Virus record (IMG/VR): IMGVR_UViG_3300029543_000205
Coordinates: 5,606-69,605 of that record
Direction: 5' to 3' (one strand)
Source of the DNA: a virus
Taxonomy: Duplodnaviria; Heunggongvirae; Uroviricota; Caudoviricetes
Length of the DNA: 64,000 bases
The notes beneath the pieces are model-generated. The model had not been told where the DNA came from and searched no databases. It was given only the letters and a program-made list of their open reading frames with translations. The position numbers were made by a program, and so were the translations under genes. Shown piece after piece: positions 39,452 to 50,803 of the stretch (positions are counted from its first letter, which is position 1; every line of letters begins with the position of its first letter).

Positions 39452-39696
39452 TCAGTTCCCTCCGTTTCGTTTGGGATCTCCGGCACAGCTTCAAAATTCA
39501 CTCTCAGATACCGTTCAAACAGTGAAGCGCAAACCATTGTGTAGCTGTATACTTCTTTGTCAAGAACCTCATCCTTGATAGAATCCGTAATCTGAGTCAT
39601 CATAATTGCTGCCGGAGCTGTTGATTTCTCATTCTCAAATGCTTTCAGCATAATGTTACCGTCATATCCCTTGGCAAATTCCCTCAGTGTCATGGG

Positions 39697-40620
39697 TTAT
39701 TCCTCCGATTTCTGCGCCTTTTTAGCTTTCTTGGCAGCTTTCTTTGCCTCTTTTTCAGCCTGCGCCATCTCAGGAATGAACTCACGGAAGATATTGTTGT
39801 AATTTCCGTTGTTGCCGGCCCATTTCTTCACGATAGCCATAGCCAGACCGGCTTCCTCGGAATAGGTATCAGCCTTTTTAGGCTTACGAATGGTTACTTC
39901 CTTGCCATCAACAACCTTTTTCTTGATTTCCACATTATCCATGCAGTTTACAACCGTCTTTGTTCCGTCAGACCAGAACACGATTGTTGCCGGATTCTGG
40001 AACAGGACTTTCTCGATACCGTATGCTCCAATAGGCTTGTCCTCAACCATTGCTTCTACACAAAGTTTATCCCAACGATACGGGCTACCACATACATGAT
40101 TGATCTTTCCAGCGTAAGTCGTGCCGTCCTCGCACTCGATAGTTACTTTCTTAAATTTCTTGTCTGCTAAACTTCTATCCATATTGTCCTCCTTAATACC
40201 TAACTGGTTAAAAATGTCTCCAAACAATGTTTCTCCCGGAATAGTGCATGATGCTATTACCTGATCTCTTAATAATCCGATTGTGGCATTTTGACATTTC
40301 TGTGAAAAATCCTCTGCGATACTCGCAACCGGTATATCATCAAAATCCGGCCATGGTTCTCCGAGGCAGCGTGCTCTTTCGATGCTCACTCTCCGCCACT
40401 GTTCTGCCGATGTTGTTGCCGTTACCTGTCTTGCATTTTCCCACCATCGGTTTTCGGTAAATGCCGAGTGTTGCCTCACTCTGTCAAATGTTTGTAATGG
40501 TGGTATCAGCCGTTCTTTCGGTAATCCAAAGCGTTCAAAACCCTGCATGGCAAACGCTATCGGATCGGGTAACTGTGCCGCTTCTGGCGGTCTCCACGGT
40601 TTCTTTTCTTTCTCTTCCAT
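39697..40620 (-). CDS. hypothetical protein with Lys/Ala-rich C-terminal tail
   Basis: 307-aa ORF. Confidence 0.35.
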   Translation of the reverse strand: MEEKEKKPWRPPEAAQLPDPIAFAMQGFERFGLPKERLIPPLQTFDRVRQHSAFTENRWWENARQVTATTSAEQWRRVSIERARCLGEPWPDFDDIPVASIAEDFSQKCQNATIGLLRDQVIASCTIPGETLFGDIFNQLGIKEDNMDRSLADKKFKKVTIECEDGTTYAGKINHVCGSPYRWDKLCVEAMVEDKPIGAYGIEKVLFQNPATIVFWSDGTKTVVNCMDNVEIKKKVVDGKEVTIRKPKKADTYSEEAGLAMAIVKKWAGNNGNYNNIFREFIPEMAQAEKEAKKAAKKAKKAQKSEE

Positions 40621-41708
40621 TGGTGTCCTCCTTGTGATTTATTATCAAGGGTGGTATGCCCTTAATCTCATGTTGAAATTGTTCTCGATTTTCGCCACAA
40701 CGCAGTCCTTTTTCAGTATGCACTTGGCGCATTTTTTGAGATTTCCGTACGGTTCTCTGCCAAAGCACGGTTGAAACAGTTTGTTTATGGCAGATTTCTT
40801 CATTTTCACTTCAAAAGGTATTTCAAATCCATCTTTCAGATGAGAAATATCCGGCATATCATACTCTTCATCCAGTGTAGGCTCAGATATTTCCTTAATT
40901 TCCGCAAGCGGTATGGGGTCTCCGAGCCGTTCATCCATGATAAAGAGCTGTGGTTTGGTCTCATTTTCCATCCATATTCCCCCCTACGCCTCTATCAGTG
41001 TGAATACACGTTTATACACATCCTTATCAGGCAAACACCGCAATTTATTCAGTGTTGTGTTTCCAAGATAAACATTATATGTGCAATCCCCTATGGTTAA
41101 TGTTCCTATGCTGCCCGGATCTTTCATTTCCACCTGTACGCTATTGCTTTTATTCAGCATCGCCCGTATGGTCTTGCACACTTCCTCATTTTCTTTTTCT
41201 GATGCAAGGCAATCAAAACACGGATTTTTATTCTTTGATGATCTCATAATATTCGCCCTCGCACTCTTTCGGAGCCATAGTTCCCCATCCGTCAGCCTTT
41301 CTCAGCTCATAATGGGTTCCTCTGTCGATGGCAAAGAGTTCTTCGCCCTTATCAATATTCATTTCCATATTCTTCTCAATGTCATTTACGACAATATTCT
41401 GTAAGAAACGTGCTATCATGTCTCTTTCTCCTTTATCATTTCGGCAAACGCCGGATTCTCATGCAGCTTTTCAGTAGGCCATCCCATGTGATGATACAGT
41501 TTTTCCATAAATCCAAGACACTCCGCCTTATCATACGCCAGTAGGAAACACAGTAATTGTTCTCTGTTATACAGCACTGACGGTCCGGCTCCCATTTTGA
41601 TGTAATCGTAATCTGGGTAACGTACCTGAAACTCATTCGTTGTTGCTGCCAGTATCTCAAATTTCACTGCTGATCCGTGTGGTTCCCTTATGCAATGTCT
41701 GAATGGTA

Positions 41709-41978
41709 TCATTCTCTATCCCTCACTCTTTTCTCCCATCTCTCATGTTTTCGTGCCATCTGTTCCTCATCTACCGTAAGCGAAAGTTCTCCGGCGCACT
41801 GCACGACATCCGTATATTCCTCACGGATATTGGCAATGGCTTCTTTCTCAGTAACCGGTGTCGGATTCTCTTTGCGGATAATCCTTGCCATTTTGAGAGC
41901 CGCCTTTGCCAGTTCAGTACATTCCTCGGCAAGCTGTTCCAACATTGCAGCTTCGCCAATTTCTTCAATAATTTTCAT
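41709..41978 (-). CDS. MazG-like nucleotide pyrophosphohydrolase domain protein
   Basis: LAEECTELAKAALK...EEYTDVVQCAGELS EExxE/D motifs. Confidence 0.45.
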   Translation of the reverse strand: MKIIEEIGEAAMLEQLAEECTELAKAALKMARIIRKENPTPVTEKEAIANIREEYTDVVQCAGELSLTVDEEQMARKHERWEKRVRDRE

Positions 41979-42211
41979 TATCTCTCCCTCTTTGTGATAA
42001 CTTTAAGTCTATCCAGTGGATATGTCTCCACTTTGCCATCTTCCAGAACGACAACCGCTTTTGTGCCAAGCAGGCTCGTGATTGTATCTATCCATGTTCC
42101 TTTTCTATTCTCACAGTGAGTACAATCTGGTATCTCATTGCACATATCAGCAATATCGTTACAGAATTTGCACTCTGCATAGCTTCTTGTGATTTCTACC
42201 GGTCTATCCAT
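41978..42211 (-). CDS. small Cys-rich protein
   Basis: CKFCNDIADMCNEIPDCTHCEN. Confidence 0.3.
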   Translation of the reverse strand: MDRPVEITRSYAECKFCNDIADMCNEIPDCTHCENRKGTWIDTITSLLGTKAVVVLEDGKVETYPLDRLKVITKRER

Positions 42212-42221
42212 GCCCTACACC

Positions 42222-42467
42222 TCATACTAATAATTGCTCAATGCTTATTTCTCCGCATTTCTTACACCCGCATTTGCATACCTCGTACTTAAATCCGCTG
42301 TAACCAGGTAGCGTCCAGAGAACTTCCAATACTTCCCACTCATGCTTGCACGGAAGAAAATGCGATACCAAAATCTTGTCGAATAACCTTTTATACCACG
42401 GTTCCTTGTGCCAAGACCTCTTTTTATTTTCCGGGGAATTTTTGGAATTGCTGTTTTCATTGCTCAT
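42222..42467 (-). CDS. zinc-ribbon protein
   Basis: CKHEW...CKCGCKKCGE. Confidence 0.3.
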   Translation of the reverse strand: MSNENSNSKNSPENKKRSWHKEPWYKRLFDKILVSHFLPCKHEWEVLEVLWTLPGYSGFKYEVCKCGCKKCGEISIEQLLV

Positions 42468-43206
42468 CCGGTTTTACCTCTTATGAGGCGTAAGCCTCCG
42501 CCGATTTTTAATTTTTGCCTGTTATTGTTTCTACGAGCAGACGTGACGGCATCCTCATTATGAGGTCATTACACATTTGATTCAGACGATGGTTTTCATC
42601 CGCAAGCGTATTTACCATGAGGTACAATCCCTCTTCTCTGGTAAGTTCTCCGCGCTCTATCATCTGCCATACTCGGAATACCGTTGCATTGTTTCTGATA
42701 TGCGTTTCAGAGATCCCTACGGTGTATGCCTCTGTCATGCAGTCCGGTTGAACTTCCGCAGTGTGTCCTCTTTCCATTTGTCCCATGCGGTCTGCTTCTT
42801 CTCTCTGCATACTTCCGCCTCTCTCTGCTTATTCTGTGTTGCTGTTTCTTTGTTCTGTTCCATATTTCTCTCTTTCTATGCCGGTAGGCATCCGCCATTT
42901 TTGGATTTTGTGGTTTTGTAAAGTTCTCACTTTCCTTTTGTTATTCGGATGCCGTGTTTATACTTACATTGTAAATTGGGTGGTTTACGCTTTTGGGGTC
43001 TTTTGCCATTTTACGATTGGGGTGGTTTGTGGCTTTTTAATTTTTCGGGAACTCAGAGGGGTGAGTTGCCCCTGATCCGCTCCGCCCTACACCCCCGCCA
43101 CAGGGTATAAGCTGCCGGACCTGTCCCCGGATCGTCACACCAGAACCGCCGGAAACGTGCCGGAGTTCGTAAAAGTAAAAGAAAACGAACCGCAAAACGC
43201 CCATTT

Positions 43207-43836
43207 TTAAAGGTTTTCGAGATCGTCCGGGAGTTCTGCCGGGTCTGTGCCTCCTGTTTCTACTGGTAATCGCTGCACAATGTCCGCCGCGGTTGGTAAC
43301 TCCTGCGCCTGTTTGCCTACGTTTAAATCTATCTTTTGTGCGGCCTGCGTGTAACCGTGGTTATTATTAAAATCAGTTGCGAACACGATCGGCGGGATCT
43401 CTCCATTAAAAGCGAGCTGTTTCTTATATGCTGCGATGGTATTCTTAAATATTTTTATTGTGTCAGAATACGCGCCAGGGCGGGCAGTTTCCCAATTATT
43501 CAAAGTTTCCCTAGAAATCCCGGCAAAAGCACAAAAGCCCTCTATATCAGGCACTAAACGCACGCCGTCAAGTGCTCTATCCTTAATATAATTTATATAT
43601 CGCTCTGCGACTTCCCGGAACTCTTCCACCGTTTCCAACTTCCGAGGCCGTCCACCTTTTCCCCTCTCCGCATCCGCTACAGATCTTTTAAAGCCGTCTA
43701 GCATCATATCGCATAGGGCTACAGCTTGCGCCGTCTCTATTTCTTCATAGTCTCGCCCCGGTTTAAATCGTTTATAGCTTTGTTTTCTGACTCCGTTTTC
43801 GTCCCTTGTTGCCGTTTCTTTCTTCTCTCCTGCCAT
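43207..43836 (-). CDS. terS: terminase small subunit candidate
   Basis: GGRPRKLETVEEFREVAERYINYIKDRALDGVRLVPDIEGFCAFAGISRETLNNWE resembles Terminase_2 family N-terminal region. Confidence 0.5.
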   Translation of the reverse strand: MAGEKKETATRDENGVRKQSYKRFKPGRDYEEIETAQAVALCDMMLDGFKRSVADAERGKGGRPRKLETVEEFREVAERYINYIKDRALDGVRLVPDIEGFCAFAGISRETLNNWETARPGAYSDTIKIFKNTIAAYKKQLAFNGEIPPIVFATDFNNNHGYTQAAQKIDLNVGKQAQELPTAADIVQRLPVETGGTDPAELPDDLENL

Positions 43837-43974
43837 CTCTCCGCCTCCTGTCTTTCTGTGCCCTCCGTGGTGGTCCTATACTGTCACACAGGCAAAATAA
43901 AAAGAGCACCGGGAAAAGCTGCTTTCTGCTTCTCTCTGTGCCCTACGTTCTACTTTTTCGGCTAACTCTATTTA

Positions 43975-44334
43975 TTATATATGTGGATCCGCTCCGCCCT
44001 CCGGCGGTTCTATTATTTCTATTTCTATACCGCAACCAATGGCGGCGGCGTATTTCTCCATATCGTCAAGCGTGAATCTATCCGCGTTTAGTCTCTGGTT
44101 TACATTCTGCCGGGACACTCCCAAGCGATCCGCCAGATCTTGCACCGATACCCCGCGCCGCTTCATTATAACGCGCATTTTCTCGCCAAAACTCAACCGC
44201 ACCGGCTCCACCCTCCTTTCTCTCTGTACCCCTCTAATATATAGGAATCTGCGCCGCCTGTCAAGTCTGCCGTTTACATGGTAAAGACTGCGCCGGGGTT
44301 TTTCTGCACTTTGTAAAGTGTACAATTTACACAA
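43975..44334 (-). CDS. HTH transcriptional regulator (probable start Met at ~44178)
   Basis: GVSVQDLADRLGVSRQNVNQRL helix-turn-helix; palindromic operators just upstream. Confidence 0.5.
   Translation of the reverse strand: MCKLYTLQSAEKPRRSLYHVNGRLDRRRRFLYIRGVQRERRVEPVRLSFGEKMRVIMKRRGVSVQDLADRLGVSRQNVNQRLNADRFTLDDMEKYAAAIGCGIEIEIIEPPEGGADPHI
44312..44331. promoter_or_regulatory. palindromic operator O1 TGTAAAG-N7-TTTACA
   Basis: Inverted half-sites TGTAAA/TTTACA; second copy 80 bp away; extra GTAAAG half-sites at 44283 and 44391. Confidence 0.4.
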
Positions 44335-44410
44335 TAAACCGCCGTTGTTTTGTTTAGTCTGCTATACACTTTTCACAAACTCAAAAAAATGTAAAGTTTT
44401 CGCTTGACTT

Positions 44411-44430
44411 TGTAAAGCGTTCGGTTTACA
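44411..44430. promoter_or_regulatory. palindromic operator O2 TGTAAAG-N7-TTTACA
   Basis: Same architecture as O1. Confidence 0.4.
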
Positions 44431-45124
44431 ATACAGACATAAAGAACGAACCGCAACGGACAACAACGAACCGCCGGACGTTCAGCAAAACAAACAAGCA
44501 AGGCAGGCGGGGCGCACGGTGTACCCCAAAAGATCAACAGCTTTCAGACCGGACCAAGGGCAGCAGCCCGGACCAAGGCAACAGAAAGCCGGCACTTATT
44601 AAGATGAGACCGAACACACGCCCACCGCCTCCGGCTTGTATCTCCTGTGAGGGCTGCCCCTGTGGTAATGAGTGCATATATCAGGCAAAAGGAAAATTGT
44701 AAACCTGTGCTAGGGTGTACCAATTCACACCGCACATATAAAAAAGATAATTAAGTTATTGGAAGTATGAAAGCACTTTGAAACTTTCAGAACCGCACGA
44801 GATCGGGAAAGCGGTATAAAACCGGCCCGGCATCGAGTGAAAGCAGTTAACACTCTAACAATGATTAACGCCCCCGACGCTCCCAGGGGAAAACGGGAAC
44901 CGCTCCGGAACTATTGAGCCGGGGCGATGGCTGGAACGAGTTGCCTATATACACGCAGCATAAAAGGGAATAGGACAGGCGAACCCCTGCAAGCCGCCGT
45001 CTGCAAGTCTGACGCAAACGACTATTGAGCCAAATAAAAAAGGGCGATCCGCTACACCTACCAAGCGACACGGACCGCCGCCACCCCTCCGGGGCTTGTC
45101 TCCTATTATAACAGGCTTTCCCGG

Positions 45125-45556
45125 ATGGAACAACAGAAAAGAGAGGGAAAGACCATGACAGCAGAAAAAATTATTGATTCTTTAAAATTCACATTTGAAG
45201 AGGCAGACGAACAAAAGGACCTTTTTACACCGTCCCACGTTCTCTATAAATGCCGCATTATCAACCCGGCAAACAACCGCCGTTATACTTTTGATTATCA
45301 GTGTAACCCATCCGCAACCCATGAGCCGGAGAAAAAAGACTGTTTATATTGTCTTTTGTCTGATTCCTCTTGTGTAGAGAGTTGCACAGATGAAGCCGAC
45401 TTTTTAACAGAGTTTGGATATATTGACGGCGGAGCGGATCAGGTTAGAAAAGGCTTGAAAGCGTTTAAGGCTTGCCAGAGAACAAAGAAAGCTATTGAAA
45501 GGCTTTTCACGGATGACGAGATCGAAGCTCTGCAGGCACATTTTGAAAACTACTAA
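45125..45556 (+). CDS. hypothetical protein
   Basis: 143-aa ORF, first gene of plus-strand block. Confidence 0.4.
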   Translation: MEQQKREGKTMTAEKIIDSLKFTFEEADEQKDLFTPSHVLYKCRIINPANNRRYTFDYQCNPSATHEPEKKDCLYCLLSDSSCVESCTDEADFLTEFGYIDGGADQVRKGLKAFKACQRTKKAIERLFTDDEIEALQAHFENY

Positions 45557-45838
45557 ACCGATAGAAACGAGGCGCGCGCCCTCCGGGGCGCTCCCTCTCA
45601 AAATATAGGAGATCAACACCATGAGAAAAGAATACGCAAGTTATAACCGTTACGGATATAGAAATTTAACTATTATTATTGATACAGACAAAAAGCACGT
45701 TGCATTATATCACGGATGCACGGCACCGATCAGCAAGCCGGACAAGAAAACAAGTTCTAAATTTATCCGGGAACAATTCGAGACATTGACCGCCGCCGGA
45801 TTCACAAGCGAAGTATTTTAGAAAGGGGGGGTTATATT

Positions 45839-46807
45839 ATGAATGAATCTATTAAAAATCTTTTATCATTGAATAATAAGGCTTTACAGTTTGCGCATGA
45901 TGTAGACGGATTCGACTTTGAAAAACCTTACTTTATTGCAGAATCGGCGGACCGTTTCACAGTAAACACCGTTAAAAAGGCAGTAGCCGAAGCGATGAAC
46001 CCGGCAAAATGTAAAATTGTTTTGTTTGTCGTTCCTGGTGTGCATTGTTATAAATCCGGTTTATATTATGCAATATTAAGCAGCGGAAAATTTGACGGGA
46101 CGCGCCGCGATGGTGCGAAGTATTGGAACTATCGCACCACTACCGGAGAATTTGACATAGATCATTGCTATGGTGTCGGAGACTTTGAAGAGCTGCGCAA
46201 GAAACAGACTGAAAGCATTTTTATAATCGCCCAGGATAAATGCTATATAAAAGAACCAGAAACAAAAATATTTAATGTTTCCCGACGGTATACTCTGGAC
46301 GATGCCAGAAAGAGCACGGACGGACGCGGAAACGATTATATAAAATCCTTAGTATTGACCGCCACGGATGGCAGCGGCGCACGTTTCACATACGAACCAT
46401 ACAACACATTTTACGGAAATGAAAAACGATCCGCGGATATTGCGGACCATATCGACAAAAGCGGCTACTTGTTACGCCCTCACCGCTTCGCATTGATGGA
46501 GAGAGCGGAAACATTGAGACGGACCAGAAAACAGGCAGAGGCAGACAACGCCGACTATACAAATGAGATAGCCGAACTGCAGAAACGCATTGACGCAACT
46601 AGAATTTTATTATCTAACGCCGTTTTGAATTGTCAGGACGCAACCGCGGCGCGTGGCGTGTCTAACAAGATGAATTATTTTTCTTATGCTCTTTCTTACT
46701 TTGAGACATTCAAAGAAAAAATAAACAGCAAGCGTTATGCAAGTATTGAGCGCATCAATTCAGATATTGAAGATATAAAAGATAAGTTGGATCATTGCGC
46801 AGAGTAA
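45839..46807 (+). CDS. hypothetical protein
   Basis: 322-aa ORF; G7 tract in its RBS-spacer (45825-45831). Confidence 0.45.
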   Translation: MNESIKNLLSLNNKALQFAHDVDGFDFEKPYFIAESADRFTVNTVKKAVAEAMNPAKCKIVLFVVPGVHCYKSGLYYAILSSGKFDGTRRDGAKYWNYRTTTGEFDIDHCYGVGDFEELRKKQTESIFIIAQDKCYIKEPETKIFNVSRRYTLDDARKSTDGRGNDYIKSLVLTATDGSGARFTYEPYNTFYGNEKRSADIADHIDKSGYLLRPHRFALMERAETLRRTRKQAEADNADYTNEIAELQKRIDATRILLSNAVLNCQDATAARGVSNKMNYFSYALSYFETFKEKINSKRYASIERINSDIEDIKDKLDHCAE

Positions 46808-47184
46808 GGCGGACGGCGGCGGATCAGCCGCCCCGGCTCCGCCGGATATATTGAGCGATCGGAGGCTTTAGGATGGTTTATAAATATCTGAACCGCTCCG
46901 CAGTATTGGAACATCTACAAGAGGGGCAAACCGTAAATATTGATGAGTATATAGAGAAAATGCAGTTTTTCAAGAAATACGGAAGCAACCAGGGAATCTA
47001 TATAACAGACAGCCGCTATATTGAGTATAGAGAAATCGGCTTGCACTATTTCAAGTATGATACATTGATAAAATTCTTTGAGGATTTCAAACAGAGGAAC
47101 CACGCAAAACGTATATTGATAACATTCAGTAAAAACCACCGCTTACAATGTGAGCCGGTGCAGGATTAAGGAGGCCTTTATATT

Positions 47185-47760
47185 ATGGGATGGGATTATA
47201 CACACGCTACACACTACACCAGAACCGGAGCTATTGACCGGAAAGCAGAAATTGACGAGCTTTACACATGGCAGAACGACACCAGAAAAGCCGAGGTTGT
47301 GCGCTCCGCAATGGTAGGCGGTACATATTACGCCGCTGTTAAAGTAACCATATTGAGCACCGGAGAGGCTGAGACATTCGCCGCCGTTGTATTGACACAC
47401 ACCAACAGCCGGGATTATTTCAACTTTGGAGTTAAGACGATGGGGGAAAGCTCCGGGCCATGCGAAGATCATTGCCCGGCTTCTATTCTCTCTCTTCTCT
47501 CCCCTACTGATTCAGAATATGCCAATAACTGGCGCGAGAGATGCAGAAAGAACATTGAAGCAAAGAAAGATCCGCACGCATTGAAAAATTTACCTGTCGG
47601 TGCAGTGATCCGCTTTACTCTCTGCACTGGGGAAAACATTGAACTATTGAAACACGCTGCGGCGTATCAGTTCAAACGCCCTTTCTGGTTCTGCCAATCA
47701 TCCGGCCGTTATATGCCAGTAACCAGGATCCCGGCAAATTATGAAGTAGTCACAGCATAA
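47185..47760 (+). CDS. hypothetical protein
   Basis: 191-aa ORF with strong GGAGG RBS. Confidence 0.4.
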   Translation: MGWDYTHATHYTRTGAIDRKAEIDELYTWQNDTRKAEVVRSAMVGGTYYAAVKVTILSTGEAETFAAVVLTHTNSRDYFNFGVKTMGESSGPCEDHCPASILSLLSPTDSEYANNWRERCRKNIEAKKDPHALKNLPVGAVIRFTLCTGENIELLKHAAAYQFKRPFWFCQSSGRYMPVTRIPANYEVVTA

Positions 47761-47788
47761 CATATTGAGTTTAGGAGGATAAGAAACC

Positions 47789-48154
47789 ATGAATAATACA
47801 GCATTGAGAATTGAGAACGGTATGAGCAGTTTTGAGTTACTGCAGGCCAAGGTGTCAAGCCTTGAAGCAACAGAAAAACGCATGAGCATTGAAGAGGATC
47901 GTCGCATGGCTGCCATTGATGCAATGGATCGCACCTATAACAATCCATCCACACCACGCCGCACACGTTTTGAGCTTTCTATTGAGCTTTCTATTCAGCG
48001 TGAGGCATTGAAGAATTACCACAATGAGCGCAGCCGTGTATCTGCCGAGCTTCGAGGATTGAGAACGGCTATTGACCTGATTCTAACCGTTTCCAACTAC
48101 GGCGGAGAGGTTACACCTGGAAACCGCCGATTGATTGAGAGTATTTTAATCTAA
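47789..48154 (+). CDS. hypothetical coiled-coil protein
   Basis: 121-aa ORF. Confidence 0.35.
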   Translation: MNNTALRIENGMSSFELLQAKVSSLEATEKRMSIEEDRRMAAIDAMDRTYNNPSTPRRTRFELSIELSIQREALKNYHNERSRVSAELRGLRTAIDLILTVSNYGGEVTPGNRRLIESILI

Positions 48155-48621
48155 TCCGTTACATTGTAACGATATGTAACACGTTGTAATATGGAGGTAA
48201 CGCAAAATGTTAAATATGTCATTTTATAATGGTACATTGAACCGCCCGGAAGCTGCGGACGTTGTAAGAGCTTCTAACAAAACACTTTATCACAGATATG
48301 GCTTTGCTTATAGGGGTGCGGAGAAACGCCCCATAAGCAAGGAAAACGCATTGAAAATTATTGAGGACACCGGGAACTATCTGGATGTAACAGAAACCGA
48401 CAACGAGATCCTTTTGAATACCTATTCAAGTAATGATATGTGGTAGGAGGTATGAACATGGTAGTTATTTCATTGACAGATAGAGAACAGACATTATTGA
48501 GCGATAGCGTATTGACAATGATAGAAAACGCAGGTCAGGCGCAACGCCTTGTATGTGACACTGAATCACAGAAAGCTATTGACATACACATCAAAGAATT
48601 ACAGGCGTTAAACAGAAAGTT

Positions 48622-49908
48622 GTGTACTACCGGCATCCGGTAAAGAAAGGATTGAGAACTATGAGAAAGAAAAGCGTATTTGTAAACTGTATGGAGACAT
48701 TAACAGCAAATAGAAAGCATAATGAGGCCCGTGCTCTCCTTAATGCAGGACTGAAAGAGTCCGCACAGAGGCAGACAGCCACCACCGCTCCGGCGTATGT
48801 TCTTACAAAGCCGTATGTGTTCCCGGCAGTTGATGGAAATATGACTTATCATACCTCATGGGGATCTCACGGAGTAAAAGAAGAGGCTGAAACCATATTG
48901 AGCGTATTGAGTTCTTTCCGCCTCCGCTCCACCCTTGTAAAAATCAATCAGGGGCCACGCCTCACTCAGTATGTTATTGAACCGGCTCCCGGAACTCAGG
49001 TGCAAGCCATTTTGAGACATGAAAAGGAATTTCAGGCAGCTTTACATTGCAACGCCTCTTTGAGATTTGATAATGGCTATGTGTATATTGAGGTTCCGAC
49101 CGGTACAGAAACCGTGTTCCTGGGCGATATGCTCATTGATAATGAGTATCAGTCCTCCAGTGGTTTCACAATGGCGATCGGCATGGCGGTTGACGGTTCC
49201 AAGCATTACATTGATATTGCCAAGGCTTGCCATATCCTCATTTCTGGTATGACCGGATCTGGTAAATCAATCGTTCTGCATAACCTCATCTTGTCTCTAT
49301 TGATGAAAAAGAATCCGGCACAGATGCACTTATATATCATTGACCCAAAAGCAACAGAGTTTGAGTATTACAAGAACCTTGCAGCGTGTACGGTTGTATC
49401 TGAGGTAAATGGCGCGGTTGAACTATTGAAGAACCTTTGTATTGAGATGGATCGCCGCTACTCCATTCTTGCCTCTACCGGCTGCCGTGACATTGACAGC
49501 TATAATACAAAGTTCGCAGATGCTCCTATGAGGCGTGACATAGTTTTCATTGATGAGTTATCCGACCTTATGAGCATGGGTGGAAAATCCGTTGAGGGAC
49601 ATATTGTAAGAATTGCACAGAAAGCCCGTGCCTGTGGCATCCACCTTGTAATCGCTACACAGTACCCGGTTGCAAAGGTTGTTACTGGATTGATTAAGGC
49701 AAATATGCCTACAAAGATCTGTCTCCGTGTTGGTACAGTCACAAACTCTATGGTCGCATTGGATATGGCCGGCGGCGAAAAGCTCATGGGTCATGGCGAT
49801 ATGCTCTTTCTCCCTAACGGTTCTCTTTCCCCAGTAAGGTTGCAAGGTGGGTTTGTATCTGAGACGGCAATCAACAATGTCGTTGCCGGTTTGATGAAAA
49901 ATCAGTAA
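48622..49908 (+). CDS. FtsK/SpoIIIE-family DNA translocase ATPase
   Basis: Walker A ISGMTGSGKS, Walker B VFIDELSDLM, IATQ motif. Confidence 0.7.
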   Translation: MYYRHPVKKGLRTMRKKSVFVNCMETLTANRKHNEARALLNAGLKESAQRQTATTAPAYVLTKPYVFPAVDGNMTYHTSWGSHGVKEEAETILSVLSSFRLRSTLVKINQGPRLTQYVIEPAPGTQVQAILRHEKEFQAALHCNASLRFDNGYVYIEVPTGTETVFLGDMLIDNEYQSSSGFTMAIGMAVDGSKHYIDIAKACHILISGMTGSGKSIVLHNLILSLLMKKNPAQMHLYIIDPKATEFEYYKNLAACTVVSEVNGAVELLKNLCIEMDRRYSILASTGCRDIDSYNTKFADAPMRRDIVFIDELSDLMSMGGKSVEGHIVRIAQKARACGIHLVIATQYPVAKVVTGLIKANMPTKICLRVGTVTNSMVALDMAGGEKLMGHGDMLFLPNGSLSPVRLQGGFVSETAINNVVAGLMKNQ

Positions 49909-49916
49909 GTAGGAGG

Positions 49917-50513
49917 ATGGTTAGAATGGCAGGAAAGACAACAACAGCTTGTACGCATGAACAGTACGAGACTATCATAAAAACTTTATATGAGGGCATT
50001 GGAGACTGCATACAGCCTAATCCCAGGATTGCTACGATCCTCGTTATTGAGGCGAATGTAGGATTGCGTATTGGAGATACACTCTCCCTCCGGCGTTCCT
50101 CTTTCATTAAGACACCATCCGGCCACGCTTTCAATATCGTTGAGCATAAGACCGGAAAGGTTCGCCGTTTCAAGGTCCAGGAACAGGTCTACAACTTCCT
50201 CCTTGAATATGCGGACTCTGAGGGCATTGAGGGCGATGATCTGATATTCCCTATCGGTGTCCGGGCAGTGCAAAAGCATCTGAAAAAGGTTTGCGACTGG
50301 CTCGGCCCTGAATATGAGGATATATCCACCCATTCGTTCCGTAAATACTTCGGAACAGAGATTTACTACAAGAATGGAAAGGACATTGAACTGGTCCGCC
50401 GCCTGTATCAGCACAGTTCCGCCGCCGTTACGGCTCGTTACTTGGGTGTTACGGACGAAAAGATTGAACAGGCATTAGATTCCCACGTTGATATTATTTA
50501 CCGCCCCAAATGA
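49917..50513 (+). CDS. short tyrosine recombinase (catalytic domain only, FimB/FimE-size)
   Basis: RIGDTLSLR (box I Arg), HSFRKYFGTEIY (HxxR), HSSAAVTARYL (His...Tyr nucleophile); 198 aa. Confidence 0.7.
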   Translation: MVRMAGKTTTACTHEQYETIIKTLYEGIGDCIQPNPRIATILVIEANVGLRIGDTLSLRRSSFIKTPSGHAFNIVEHKTGKVRRFKVQEQVYNFLLEYADSEGIEGDDLIFPIGVRAVQKHLKKVCDWLGPEYEDISTHSFRKYFGTEIYYKNGKDIELVRRLYQHSSAAVTARYLGVTDEKIEQALDSHVDIIYRPK

Positions 50514-50526
50514 GGCGCATATATAG

Positions 50527-50556
50527 TAATGGTTCCTTATAAGATTTGTCTATTTG
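50527..50556. repeat. left 30-bp inverted repeat (IR-L) of candidate invertible segment
   Basis: TAATGGTTCCTTATAAGATTTGTCTATTTG; 27/30 match to revcomp of 50754-50783; starts 14 bp after recombinase stop. Confidence 0.6.
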
Positions 50557-50753
50557 AGTGTCGTGTAACAGGTTTCTGGCAGTTTTTAATGTGAAAACTG
50601 CTGCCGGTATGAGGGTTGATAACGGCATACACCATCCCTTTGTTGGTTGACAGGTTTTCCGGCTTTAATGCGAAACCGGATAAGGATAGTGGGATCTCCT
50701 GACATTCGCGTATCTCCGGCGGAGCGCACGATGCCGCTTGATAAGAACGTGTC

Positions 50754-50783
50754 CAAATAGACAAATGCTATAAGGAACCATTG
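50754..50783. repeat. right 30-bp inverted repeat (IR-R)
   Basis: CAAATAGACAAATGCTATAAGGAACCATTG; immediately followed by GGAGG RBS and ATG at 50804. Confidence 0.6.
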
Positions 50784-50803
50784 AAGAAATGGAGGTCTTA
50801 GGC

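Noticed and set aside
50527-50783. IR pair as a MITE or transposon ends
   Set aside because: No flanking target-site duplication. Adjacency to a tyrosine recombinase makes a site-specific inversion or att site more parsimonious.
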